Source: Phoronis australis
Taxonomy: Eukaryota; Animalia; Phoronida
Direction of reading: 5' to 3'
Length of the DNA stretch: 64,000 nt
Assembly: GCA_002633005.1 (NCBI GenBank)
Contig: NMRA01000029.1
Location: 1,407,796 to 1,471,795, forward strand
In this document: piece after piece, positions 38,135 to 50,845 of the stretch
How positions within the stretch are numbered: position 1 is the stretch's first letter
Layout: the number at the start of each line of letters is the position of its first letter
Made by a program: the position numbers and the translations under genes
The notes under the pieces: generated by a model
What the model was told of the DNA's origin: nothing
Database searches by the model: none
Seen by the model: only the letters and a program-made list of their open reading frames with translations

Positions 38135-40536
38135 TCAACTGTTTCTCTTATAGTCCGAAAAAAAAATTAGGGTCTCCAACTTCAGCTTTGAATTATTTTA
38201 GCTCAAACAGCATCACATTAATTAAGAAGGCAGTATTTGGCTTTTTCGAAATCGTACTAATTCTAAAATAACCGTTAACCATGCTGGCCTGCATTCCACT
38301 AGATGGTATGTAATATTAAGATTTTGAAATAAGTTTAATTTGTGGGAAACCTCAATCACAAGAAATTCCACATGTAGTAGATTTCAAACAGTGTTATTTG
38401 AAATGAAATGATTGCATTCAAAAGTTCTATAAATTGGTCTATGTCATAAAATATTTCCTTTATGGCTTTTTGGCAAACTGTGTCAAACCTCATTAATTGC
38501 TGAGGTAATCAAAATTTCACCTAACATTTGATAACAGCTTCATAGCAAAAACAATATAAACTCCATTTATATTCATTCTTTATGATTTTATGACAAAATT
38601 CCTTTTTCCACTTCCTATTACCTGTAGATGTTACCAGCTAAAACATAATTAGATTACTAAATAAAACTAGAAATTAGTTACAGAATTTTGCAAGTCAGGG
38701 CAGCATGGAAATTTGATGTTTCCACAAAACTGCATTTGGTTGTTAATTTCTTATGTGACTTTCAATTCCCGCAAGTTTTTGACAAAATCTCGGCAGGTGA
38801 GGTTCAGTGCACTTTGTTGATCTCAACTTGCACTCACAGTAAGTCCTTTTTTAACTTAATGAGGTCACATCTCCCCTATGTAGGACAGTAATGTTGGACA
38901 GGAGAAATTTTATACTTTCATTTTTCATAAATAATATAGTGCTGTACCAGAATGCTTTGCTATGTCCAAGTTCTGTACCACATCCTACCAACAATGTTTC
39001 GAAAAAATTTGCGCATTCACAATGTTAGAAGCAGTTGAAAGATGGAGAAAGTGCAATTTTTGCAATTGTTTTTGTATGACATTGGTGAGATTAAACCATA
39101 ATGGCTATGCATGATAATGCCACATTAAACTTGGCAAAATGCCATAAAAAATGTTCAACTACTTGACAAAATGCTGCTGTTATCTGTCTATGAATGTTTT
39201 CAAAACTACTGTGCTCAGATCATCAGCACATAGAAGGAGATCAAACCTGTGCATTTCATAACATAATCTAATCTTTTAGCAATCAATAACCTACCAGCTA
39301 CAGTGGTAAGGTAATGTGGGCATTGGCCTCTCCCTCAACCACCTCTGAAAGCAGGCAGAGCAATTGTTGAATGCCAACCATGACTGCCGAGTCTGTAGTC
39401 ATGAACCCACCCAGCATGGCTGTACATGATGCATGAACAATGAATTTCCAACAATGCTCAGTGACTGACAAACCTACATGTTACGCTGACTTTCTAAACT
39501 TTGGCTGAACCAAGAAGCTAATTTATTCAACAAACTCTGGTCCAGTAATTTCAAATTTGTAGGTGCTAAACATTATGCAGTTGATGAGCTCAGGCGCTGC
39601 TTCTGCGAAAGATTTGTTTTTGCACACCAGTATGATAGCATAGAATGCATACAAGCGAAAAACCCTAATGTGTGTCTCTTATACAGAAGAGTAGCAAGAG
39701 ACACTTTTATCCACAACAGAAAATTCAAAATCAATTGTAATTACAAAATTCATGAAGTGTTTGAAAGTCCATGTCCATAATGAGAGGAGTCTGTGTCTTA
39801 AGTCTTAGAATAAATGGATTGAACTGGTACTAGAGTCCAAAATATCCTAATTACTTGAAGGAATGACTAGTACTTTAACTTCATGCAGGTATTAGCCAAA
39901 ATCATTATGACAAAATTCAAACTCCACGCAAGTAACGTGTCAATACACTTTGTGGAGAACACCTCAGGTAAGCTTCCGCTGAAGCTGATGGACAGCTACT
40001 CAAAGGTAATCGAATTGCATACTTCTTGAGAGCAAACATTCAAATGATATGTGTCTTCACAAATACAAGAGGCATTTTGAGGGAAGTGTCAGCCATATAA
40101 ATTGTGGGTGGGTGGTACGGTAAGCCAAGCACGGGCATTTAAAAGTGAACATTTGTAAATTTTGGCTTCCTCAGGTAAGCTGGGGAAGGGCGTTACCATG
40201 GTAAATATGGTATTCCTAACAGACAATTTCAAGTCAACTGCCTGGGAAGTCAACAGTGCCGTCGATAAACATAGATAGAGGCTGACAGAAACTACAGTTC
40301 ACAAGTGCAATCAGCAAGCACAGATCACAATTAACAACTGTAATAAGCACAGGTAATTACAACTTATTGTTCACTCTAACAGCCCACAGGGAACCTGACA
40401 AGGGATATGGCCTGTCATAGTCAAAGTAATTTACATCAGACCTAATCAGTAATCAGCGCCATGAGGCTCACTCTAAGAGTTCAGGCTTTGACATTCAGAT
40501 TTTTTTCCAGAAGGGAACAAGGGGTGGCTATGCTGG

Positions 40537-41029
40537 AGGGCCTTTTATACTAAAATCAAGTTTTGAGGAGTTTCGGTCAGTATGAACGGTTAACTTCAGT
40601 CCTGGATCAAAGTTAATGGCGCCAGTTAACTTCGCTGTAAACAGGTGGATTAAACAGCGGAGCGTCGATGCTGCGGTGCAGTATGAACGGTTAACTTTGG
40701 TCCCATCGGAGTTATCGCCAGGTGCCACAGTTATCGTCAATAATTAAGGGGTAGTGCCGTCGCAAATAGTTGCTTATATTTTGCTTGAATAATTACCAAT
40801 TGCATTAAAAATTAATTTTATGTCAATTAGCATACGTAAATGTTCCCAAATTAACCCATAAAAAATTGTAGGTGCAGCGCTACCTTGCAATTACTTCGAT
40901 GGCAGCAGCGTAACCTACCGTTTACTTCGATGTCCGTTAACTACCGAAGCTGGTATGAACAGTTTAGTTAACTTCACAGTTTAAGTCGATGCTGCGCTAA
41001 GACAGGAGTTAAGTTAGTACGAAAATGCT
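40537..41029 (+). mobile_element. Harbinger-like MITE, near full length
   Basis: Starts AGGGCCTTTTATACT and is collinear over ~490 bp with the 50337 copy. The right TIR is decayed. Confidence 0.8.
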
Positions 41030-43121
41030 TAGGAAAACTTCTTGGAGGGCCACTGCAGTCGCGTTGTAACTTGTCAAATCCAGGCTGTGGAAATGTTCGA
41101 CTTCAGCATCACAGAACTTATTGTCCAGTGACTTCAAATCTAAAATTCGAGAACTCCCATCAAAAATGCAACTTCAAATTGCCACTTTCAGTAAAAATTA
41201 TTCAGTTTAGGACACAATGTGACGGGCAAGCGATTTTTTATTTTCTCAAATTTCTCAACAAATAAAATTTACCAGAAATTGTGCTTTGTTTTTGGGATGG
41301 TTTGAACGGTATAGTCATTATCAAAGAACCTCTAAACTTGCAAAAGTTGGCCATTTTACTTTTAGGCTTCTAAAACTATTACGAACGTTTGCAATTTCTT
41401 TGAATCATAACCTGATTCAAGCTATGGTACATTAAAACTTTGAATCATTACCTGACGGAAGCTATGGTACATATCTTTGAAAATATGTTATTCATCTTTT
41501 ATGAAAAAACTGAAAAAACTTAACAGACATATTAGCGTGTTCTAAATTGATGAGATTTTACCGTAGCATGAGTATTTGCAGTGATATCTGGTATCTTAAT
41601 CACAAGGGGCACACAAGGGCAACATCAGTGACTGAAATTCAAATTCACGCTAAGAGTTGTTGCCAAACTACTCATATTTTCAGTGAATATCAATAAAACA
41701 GTTGTAATCACCAGAAAATTCACATACTTCACAAAGTTTACTGCAGTAACGACTACATCACTGACATTTTAAATCATGCACTAAGCCATTTTCAAAAATT
41801 GCTCCATGTTAGATAAAGTGTACGCTGTTTTCCAAACCTAAATTCGAATTCACCCAGGAAATACATCATCATGAATAAAGTTGATAAAAAACTTTAAAAA
41901 TGGGTAATTAAATCACCACAACCTTATGGTGGCCCTGAGTAGCAGGGTTTCAAACAATTCTCCGAGTCACTTGCCATTTTTTCTTAAAATAATCTAGAAT
42001 CCATGGCTTCATGTTTGCACCCTTATGGCTTGCATCCCTTTGCAGCAGATGGTCAGTGATCAAACCCCTAGTGGCAATGACTGGAACTCTTGCTGTTATA
42101 TTTTACTAATGTCAGAGCGATCCTGAACATTAAGAACTCAGGGGTTAATTTGTCAGTGTGTATGCATAACAAAGGAAATACCCAAAGGCATGACATTGTC
42201 CAACAGGGTTTCTTCAGTTCACAGGACCAAGTTCATGGGGAAGACAAGTTTCATAGCATCATAGCATCAGCATCTACAATATACTGCCTTCAGTAACAAA
42301 GGGACAAACGGGCTCATTTAGGTAATTTGTCATGGATATTTACCAAAAAATGCATGAATGCCGCATCTTGAAACACAGTTAAAATGTTCCATGTTTCAGG
42401 AATAAAATTCAACATAAAAAATGGACAATAATAACAGCACCATCAAGTACGGCCAATAGGAAAGTCACCCACTCTTGGCAAAAAAAAGAAAAAATGTGAC
42501 TGAACACTTTGACACATGTAAGATTATATGGTAGTGATGGATGGCACAATAATCAAGCATTTGTTCACTTTCGCCGCAAAATCGTGGCATCACAAATTTG
42601 AAGAACACTTGTGGGTCAAATACCATCATTATACAGACAACTTGTCTATTTTGAACATGACTAATTAGTCGTTTTGCAGTCTCCCATGTTCAAAATGACT
42701 ACATAAAATCTCCCCAATTTTTTGGACAAAAATAATTGCCAAAAATGCACTCTTTTCTTTTTCCAAGAGCTTCTAAAATTAAACTGCTGCGAAAGCCCAC
42801 AATTTTCCGAAATATTATCCGTTTGTAGCTATGGTACAGAACTTGGATGTATGACAAGGCATAATTCCCGTACTGTGCTTCATCATATAAAAACATTAGA
42901 AACTAAAATCTCACAGTCCTGAGTGCCTTAAAGAAGGAAGATTTTATCTTTATTCCGTTGTCTCCACAGTACACTAACATTACTCTAAAACCTTGTTCAG
43001 CAACCCCACAGGATCTGACATAAATTATTAGATTGTTAATTAATACCAGTGTTGTTTACACCCCTTAGTGTGAGCATGCCCACCTACCCTGTGTGAGATT
43101 TACTAACTGAAGTCTGGTTTC

Positions 43122-43751
43122 TACGGTGGCCCGAAAGTATCATCGATACTTTTATTTAAATATTTTTTCATTTTTCATTTTCCACCTAGGTGGAAAAATT
43201 ACCTAGGTGGAAACTATTTTCACCTGGTTGGAAACTGTTTTCACCAGGGTGGAAACTATTTTCACCTGGGTGGAAACTATTTTCACCTGGGTGGAAACTA
43301 TTTTCACCCGGGTGGAAACTATTTCAACCTAGGTGGAAATTATTTTCACCCGGGTGGAAATTATTTCAACCTAGGTTGAATAATTTCCACCTAGGTTGAA
43401 ATAATTTCCACCCGGGTGAAAATAATTTCCACCTAGGTTGAAATATCTTCCACCCGGGTGAAAATAATTTCCACCTAGGTGGAAATAATTTCCACCTAGG
43501 TTGAAATAGTTTACACCCGGGTGAAAATAATTTCCACCTAGGTTGAAATAATTTCCACCTAGTTTGAAATAGTTTCCACCCGGGTGAAAATAATTTCCAC
43601 CTAGGTTATAATAGTTTCCATCCGGGTGAAAATAATTTCCACCTAGGTTGAAATAATTTCCACCTAGGTTGAAATATTTCATCCTAGGTGGAAAAGGAAA
43701 AATAAAAAAATTAATAAACTAAAATAGCGTTGATACTTTCGGGCCACCGTA
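43122..43751. mobile_element. IS3EU-like non-autonomous element with internal palindromic 21-bp array
   Basis: TIR TACGGTGGCCCGAAAGTATCA is perfect for 21 bp and imperfect to ~70 bp. 6-bp TSD GGTTTC at 43116-21 and 43752-57. TAY ends with a 6-bp TSD are the IS3EU signature. Confidence 0.8.
43180..43695. repeat. ~24 copies of a 21-bp quasi-palindromic unit
   Basis: Unit GGTGGAAACTATTTTCACCTG with CCTAGG/CCCGGG dyads. Array polarity flips near 43370. Confidence 0.95.
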
Positions 43752-46700
43752 GGTTTCCCCATGTGCCAGCAGGCTTTGGCAATGTAGTGATCAACAGTAA
43801 TGACCAGCACCTGTTGTGTTATCTCAACACCAGGTGGCATCTCCAGATTGAATGAGATAAAGATTGATATTCATTTGGTTAGGGCAGAAAAGAGGTTTTT
43901 GTAAGAGGGTTCAATGCACACATGTTTCACAAGTTAAAGCAAATTACGCTATTAGCCTCAGATATGTCACAGAAACTGCTTACTCAAGCCAAGTTATCAA
44001 GGGTCCATGTGACCAACAAAACATTTTCTTCACAACCATTTGCTCTTCCAAAGCATGGTCAGTTCTTATCCTTTGTTTTGATTGAAATAAATGACCACCA
44101 TACTCTGCTTTGCTCTCTGAAATTAATGTCCTGTGACAAATGATGCTCATTAAATGCAAATGCTTAAAACAGTAGTAAAATGCTGAACACACACATAATG
44201 CAAAAAATAAGCCATAAATCGACTCCAGATAAAGGCGACAAATAAATCAAACATTTCTTATTCAACTATTTATTGGTTTAACTGCATATTTGAACATGGG
44301 GGAGGGTGACCTTTTGCATGTCACCTGTGAAGAGCTGATAAAAAGCACAGATAAACAAAGAATTATCAAACATACTGTTTTACTCAGATATCTTCACTAG
44401 GTGTTGCTCAGCTAATGAGGAAATGCTATAAAAGGCTATCTATCTTAGTCAAACAAACACTGCTAAGTCAATATCAACCCATTCAGGACTACAGGATTTG
44501 TTTTCCATACTTAATGCAGGGTTCAGGTTGCAGGCTTCCTCCATAGCAGCTTTGCCATCCTCACATTGCCTTTTGATGCGCAAAAACCATGACAATGCAT
44601 GTGATGTCTTTTGGATTTACCTGGTCAACCAAGTAATCTTAGTACAAGAACATTTTGTTGAGCAGGATTTCACGTGATAGCTAGTTTCCCACTGAATATA
44701 GCACGAATCAACTCCCTCAGTCATGAAATAAATTAAACAATGTTGAACAACTAGGTATATATATCAAGCAACAATAAATGATGAGCCACTCCATGTTTTA
44801 TGCAATCCAGTTCCTCCATGCACAGAATTACAAGAGACCGTGTTTTATTCACTCACTGGTTGATCTCTTTTCAACAACTATATTGCATTTTCCACCACTT
44901 TTCAGTTGGCATTTTCTGGAACCATCATCAGAAGACAACTAAGTTGTTTACTGCTCAAAGTTGACTGGGTTATTTTTAGTGGTGACATCCATAAGCAGTC
45001 GTGAATGCTGTGATGGTGATTGGAGAAATTGCCAGATATATTGTTGAAATTTCAATATAGACCTAAGGTTGGCAAAGAGATCAAATGTTCAATGCACAAG
45101 CTCAACAACTCAATGGCACATTAGGGTAACTCACAGCAGACCACACCAATACCAAATCAAATACATTCAAAATGTCACAATATCAGTGAACTTAGTGAAC
45201 ATTTTCTTGCAAACACAATTTGAAAAGGCACAGACTGTTTTCAACATTCTCTCAAGCATGTCCTTGATAAAACAACAAGTCCATAATTTAAGTTTACCCC
45301 TGATTACAGACACAAGTCTGAGCTGACAAGTAATTTACCAATTTGACTGTTAAGCCATTCAGCCATGAACAAATCGATTTGTATTATTTCATGGAGCAGC
45401 AGACACCAGGTACTGATTTGATAAATCATCAGAAGCTGAAAGTTTATCTCCATTTAGAATTTCACAAAATCTCAAACTAAAACACCAAGCACAATCTGGA
45501 TTACCTAAAATGAAATGGCGAGATCAATAAAATGTTGAACGGCCTCATCAAAGAATTGGTCTGTGCTCTTCAAAAACCAGTGCTCCATATCTCACAGAAG
45601 CATAAATATGTAACTTTATATTTCTGGCACAATTGGATTTCTCATTGCTGTATGGCGTACCGTCTCATGTTCATGTTCATCCTCCAATGCCAGCAAGCAC
45701 TAGAAGTGCACTGGACTGCAGTGAAGATGTGAGGAAGGGGGAAATTAAATGTCACCAATGAGATCCACACCACATTGAAATTTACTATTCTGCCAAACGG
45801 CAATCACGTCTTTGGTGGACAGGCATTCAGCATCACCTACAGATCTCGTGTAAAGGGGACAGGTTGATGTCAACCTTATGACCAGTATAAACAGCATTTT
45901 ATACCTTTCTTGCCATCATGATGCCGGAAAATTTCCACTGATATGTGGTGCAGCTTAAGGAAAAAGACAAACCTCTTGAAATATCCATGGATTAAGGACA
46001 TCAGGTTCAATACATTTTCCAATGGGAAGTATTTTGAATACAGACCAAATCAGTGCTTGCTACTGATTAAGCGAGAGAAATTTGATCCCAGTCTACATCA
46101 AAAAACTAAAATCAATTAGCTAACTTAACCTTATCAAACAGTAGGAGGGGCTAAGAGTGGGATTTATTCCTCTGATTTTAGAATAATGAACCTCTATGTA
46201 GAAATTAATTTCTGTCCCCCAAATCCCAGTCTTCAGGGTCTCATGCTTGCCAAGAAGGACATACCTAAAGATGTGGATACTGGACTTCATTAATTAACAT
46301 TATAATACAGCAGTGTTGACCAGTGACAGCACACAACTATCCATTAGAATCACATCAGTTGCCCTGCTCTGCTGGTCTACACTGACAGCCAACATGTCTG
46401 ATTTAAGCTAGAGCCAATAAGTCATTTGATAACCACTCACTAATAATGACAGACTGCATGTTGCTGTCTACAATAGATTAATCTCTGAAAAGGATTTATT
46501 TCATGAGACAAACGAATATTCATGAGACAATGGCAGCATAGCAAATCTGGTTTGCATAGGTAATGTTTCATCACATTTGGGTAAAAAGATTGAAGAGGAC
46601 ACAATGGGTTACATGAAAAATATTAAGTAGCCCTTAATGATAGTTTAGCTACAAACCACAGCAAGTGGTTTTGGAATGGAGAATTAGGAGGCCATCAATA

Positions 46701-48306
46701 TTCCATTAATTTCTGTTGTGAAACAAAGATTGACTTGCTGACAGTTGGTCACCCTACAAATTTCGTTATACTGTAAATTTTCATGGATTCAGCACACCAT
46801 GGGGGTAGACAAATGGAATATTATTTTGTCAAAAGTCTTCACAAAAAACAAAGATTAAGAAATGGTTTTTTCGTTGTCACGTGACTGACCTAGTTTTGCA
46901 TGGAATTCCCTGCAAGCCATTTTCAGAATTTCAGGGTTGGAAAATCAATGATTTTCTAACATGTTTCTTCATGTGTTCAGGATTTGTGTGTTCTCCTTAA
47001 CAACATCAGAGTATGGGAAATCTAGGGATTAATTTTACAAGACCAAAAAATTTAATTCGATTTTATTTTTTATTTCAAGCTAAACTGGGCAAAAGCCACT
47101 TCTTAGTAATCTTAACATTTGCTTGGTTCCAAATTTGAAGATGTCGAAAGAACATTTGGTAGAGTTTCCATTAATTACATCAAAGTAATCAGTTTTTGAA
47201 AAATCGGAAAATGACGAGTTAGGCAACAATTTTTGTGGGGCATAAGTGAAAAATTACCATATTGTGCATATTCCTTCTAAGCTCGCAATTTCTCTCATTC
47301 ACCAACACACTGAGAGAGTGGATATTTATGTATGAATCCTTTTGAGTATAACAACGAAGTTTGCCGGCATGATGGTCACAAACAATTTATCAAAAACACT
47401 AGGCTTAATCCCACAGTATGAAATACTAAGCACCCTACTGTCCACTACCACCTGCATTGTCATCTAGCCTGACCACTTATGAACAGTTTGCCTCTCTGCT
47501 TCCAAGTGAACCCAATATCTTCTGTATATTACAAGGTTTCATCTTATGGCAGAGAAGAGCTCATTTTTTACAATAACAAACCACACTTAGCCCTAAGCTT
47601 CTCATTCAGCCAATATAAAAAGTATCTGGTTTCTTGTTATTTTGCAACTTCAGAGAGTGATTGCTATGCTCACTGATTAGGCTAGTGCATATCGATCACT
47701 GTGTTTCATTTTTTTGCATTTTTTGCTGTTTCATGAAGCTTTGAGCGGCCATTCATTAGTTCACTTATCTGCTTGTTCATTACTTTGTTCATTCGTTAGT
47801 TCACTAAGACTGAACAAAGGTGTGTCCGGGCCTAAGACTTTTTTCCCCAAGATATAAATAACAATGAAGAGAACATGATCCCAACCAAACTGTAATAACG
47901 GTACATAACAGGATTCCAAAATGGTAACCATCTGTATACATTTTGTCAATTTAGAAAACAATACAATGGAACACTGAAATTCCATTTTAATAAATCAAAA
48001 ATGTTTCACAAAAACATAAAAAGGAAGGATATTTTAAGATTTTACTTCATAATACTGTATGAACAGATTATATTGTGCAGCTGTCCACAAATGCAAGGGA
48101 TACAATTTTGAGCATTTACCAATGCAGTGTGCTTTAGAATATAGCAAAACGAGTATTTCGAAAGTTATTGTGGTTGGAATTCAAGGAAACTTTACAGTAC
48201 TGCCTAAAACAAATTCAGATGAAGTCTGTCTTTACGGTAATACACTGCCAAGTCACTTAGCTTTATACCATGTTCTTCTTAAGTGCATCAATAGATAGCA
48301 CTGTAC

Positions 48307-48899
48307 TGTTATTCACTGGTTCCCTGCCTGTCCGCCAGGGGGTAGAAAATACGTAGGTATCATTCAGTAGCACGGGTTTAGTCACTGGTTGATGTAACCT
48401 TGGCAGTCATTGGTTAGCTTTACAACAACGAAAGAAAATGGCGAACTGTGAACGATGTTTAGCCTTGTCATGAAAGTGGCTGACAGCAATTATTTCATTT
48501 CTGCAGTAATGTTTAATAGCTGCATGCTTGAAGCACATACAATACACACACATCTAAACAATTTAACTGGTGTGTTATTCATACTGTGTGAATACAGGAC
48601 ATCAATGTAAACAAAAGTCAATGACAGTAAAAATCCACTCCAAAAAGGCACAACCACAACTTTCTGCTTCACATTTCTTGAACATGAATTAGCACGGATT
48701 TTTCCAACAGACCACACACTGATTGCACATTTACACTTCTTCCACCAGATACACAAGTTTGTTTACGTAAAGCGCCATCTGTTGAGAATTCGACCAGCCA
48801 ATCAGAAACGCTGAAGTAAAAAAAATTCCCCAAGGAAAATTTAATGGTACCTGTGTATTCTCTACCCCTAGCGGACACACAGGGATTCCAGCGAGAACA
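48307..48899. mobile_element. TIR element (unclassified MITE)
   Basis: TCCCTGCCTGTCCGCCAGGGGGTAGAAAATACGTAGGTATCATT at ~48321 matches rc TCCCTGTGTGTCCGCTAGGGGTAGAGAATACACAGGTACCATT at ~48843-48885. Exact ends are uncertain. Confidence 0.7.
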
Positions 48900-48918
48900 T
48901 TGTTAGACAACAGCATAA

Positions 48919-49321
48919 CCCAGGGGGGTTACTCCATAGAAGAGCTATAGGGGACCTGCCACATAGGAGGGTGACTTCCACGAGCAGATCCTAAGGAAAA
49001 GATGATTTTTCCACCGAAATTCCCTACCAATGGGTTCACTTTGGGGATTTGAGTCTTTACAGACTGGTGGCATTTTTCTAACTACAAAAATTTACAGGAG
49101 GATTTTCAGTTTTATACGCTGAACTCTGTCTCCGTACTATTTTGTGTCGAATCCCTAGAGAAGACTTATTTTCGTCACATTTACCACCCACAAAAGGACA
49201 TAAAAGGGGGGAGAGCTTTTTCATGGAAGTTCCGACAAATACGACTCTTTTTTTTGGCCCACTCTTTAACATCCTCATTTTTTTCCAGCTGCACCTCCTA
49301 CTAAGGGAAGAACCCCCCGGA
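48919..49321. mobile_element. MITE with CCC(G)n-TACTC type ends
   Basis: Left end CCCAGGGGGGTTACTC, right end GAAGAACCCCCCGG. Degenerate short TIRs of a type common in marine invertebrates. Confidence 0.5.
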
Positions 49322-50336
49322 CTTAAAACTTGCTAATGAGTTAATGTGAGGACACAGCTCTCTAAGGGAAACCCTTTCCAGTCAAATGACAAGTGTGCGT
49401 GTCAGGAAAGGTTAGTTGCGTGTGCTTTGTTAACTAATTGTCGCTATCAGGGAAGACACCAACAAGTGAATAACATAACAGTGGGTGAAAATGAGCGGAG
49501 CATTTATCATAAAGTACCTTCTTGAATCTTCAATGAGTGGTATGTTGTATCTTAAGCCACGTAGAAAATTAGAACAGTAGGGAATGTTGCTACATTATTA
49601 CACTTCCTAGAAAAGAATAGAACTGAATCCTCATTGCTCAGAGGTTGTCCAATTCAATTTCTTATAGAATAAATAATAAGTCTCCCCCCAAAACCAAGCG
49701 CAAATATGTTTCTGGACTCTTTTAAGATAATTGTCTACTTTGGCGAAATCCTTTAGCATTTCATCGATTGACTTTTTAGATATCCATTTTCCAGGAATAA
49801 AAAACTGAATTACCGATGCCTGAAAAAATTTAACTCATGCCATAAAGCATCGCAAAATGGTAAATTTACAATCACGTGGTCACCTTTTAGAGAAAATAGT
49901 CATTTGTATTGTTAATAAAAATTTGTAAGACATTTAACTGCAGACAACTTGGTGCATTAACTGCACACATGGTCTTTAAATTGTCAACACTCACGGAGCT
50001 GCATGGAAGGCTTTCATCTTACCCTCCAAAAGTAGAGATACTAGCCATCAAGTTACTTTTTTAAAACAAACCCCAAGTCTTCCTTTTTATAGGTCATATA
50101 CAAAAAAGGTGGTGTGGAAAAAAATGTGCAAGTAGCCTCAGGCACTGAAGAGAAATTGATGTTCAAAACTTCTAAGTGTCGAAAATCAAAAGGCCTGAAG
50201 CTGACCAATGAAGAATTGAAACTTTTGAAGTGGTCCCAAACAATATAATTCTGAGTGCAAAGATCCCTCACGAGTAGCAGTGGAAGTAATTATTTCATCA
50301 GTTTTAAAAAATTCATGACATTTGATAATTACCATA

Positions 50337-50845
50337 AGGGCCTTTCATACTAACGTCGACGCGTCGATGGTTTGGGGAGTTGCGGTCATTATGAACACTT
50401 AACTCCGGTCCTGGATCGCAGTTAACAGCTCCAGTTAATATCGCAGTTAACAGGTGGATTTAAGACCGCAGCGTCGACGCTGCGGTGCAGTATGAACGCT
50501 TAACTCCGGTCCAATCGAAGTTATCGCCAGGTGGCACTGTTATCGTCAACAGTTACAGAGTACGTGCCGCCACTAAAAACTACTTATTTTTTTGCTCTAA
50601 TGATAACCAATCGATTTAAAAATGAGTTTAATGTCATTTAGCACACTTAAATGTTCCCAAATTGTCATATTGAAAAATATCTCAGCGCACAGCGCTACCT
50701 TGAGATATCTTCGATGATGTCAGCGTCACCAACCCTTTACTTCGATGGTCATTAACTACCGAAGCCAGTATGAACGGTCTAGTTAACTGCGCTGTTTACA
50801 TCGATGCTCCGCTCAGACTGGAGCTAAGTCAATATGAAAGGGCCT
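50337..50845 (+). mobile_element. PIF/Harbinger-like MITE, full length
   Basis: TIRs AGGGCCTTTCATACT and (rc) AGGCCCTTTCATATT. Flanks ATA/TTA are TWA-like. Internal TATGAAC..TTAACT motif x3. Homologous copies at 35395 and 40537. Confidence 0.8.

Noticed and set aside
43190-43682. Repetitive ORFs (WKLFSPG)n and (GGNYFNL)n, and a CRISPR-like look
   Set aside because: They are translations of a 21-bp tandem array inside a TIR element. There are no unique spacers or cas genes, and the context is eukaryotic.
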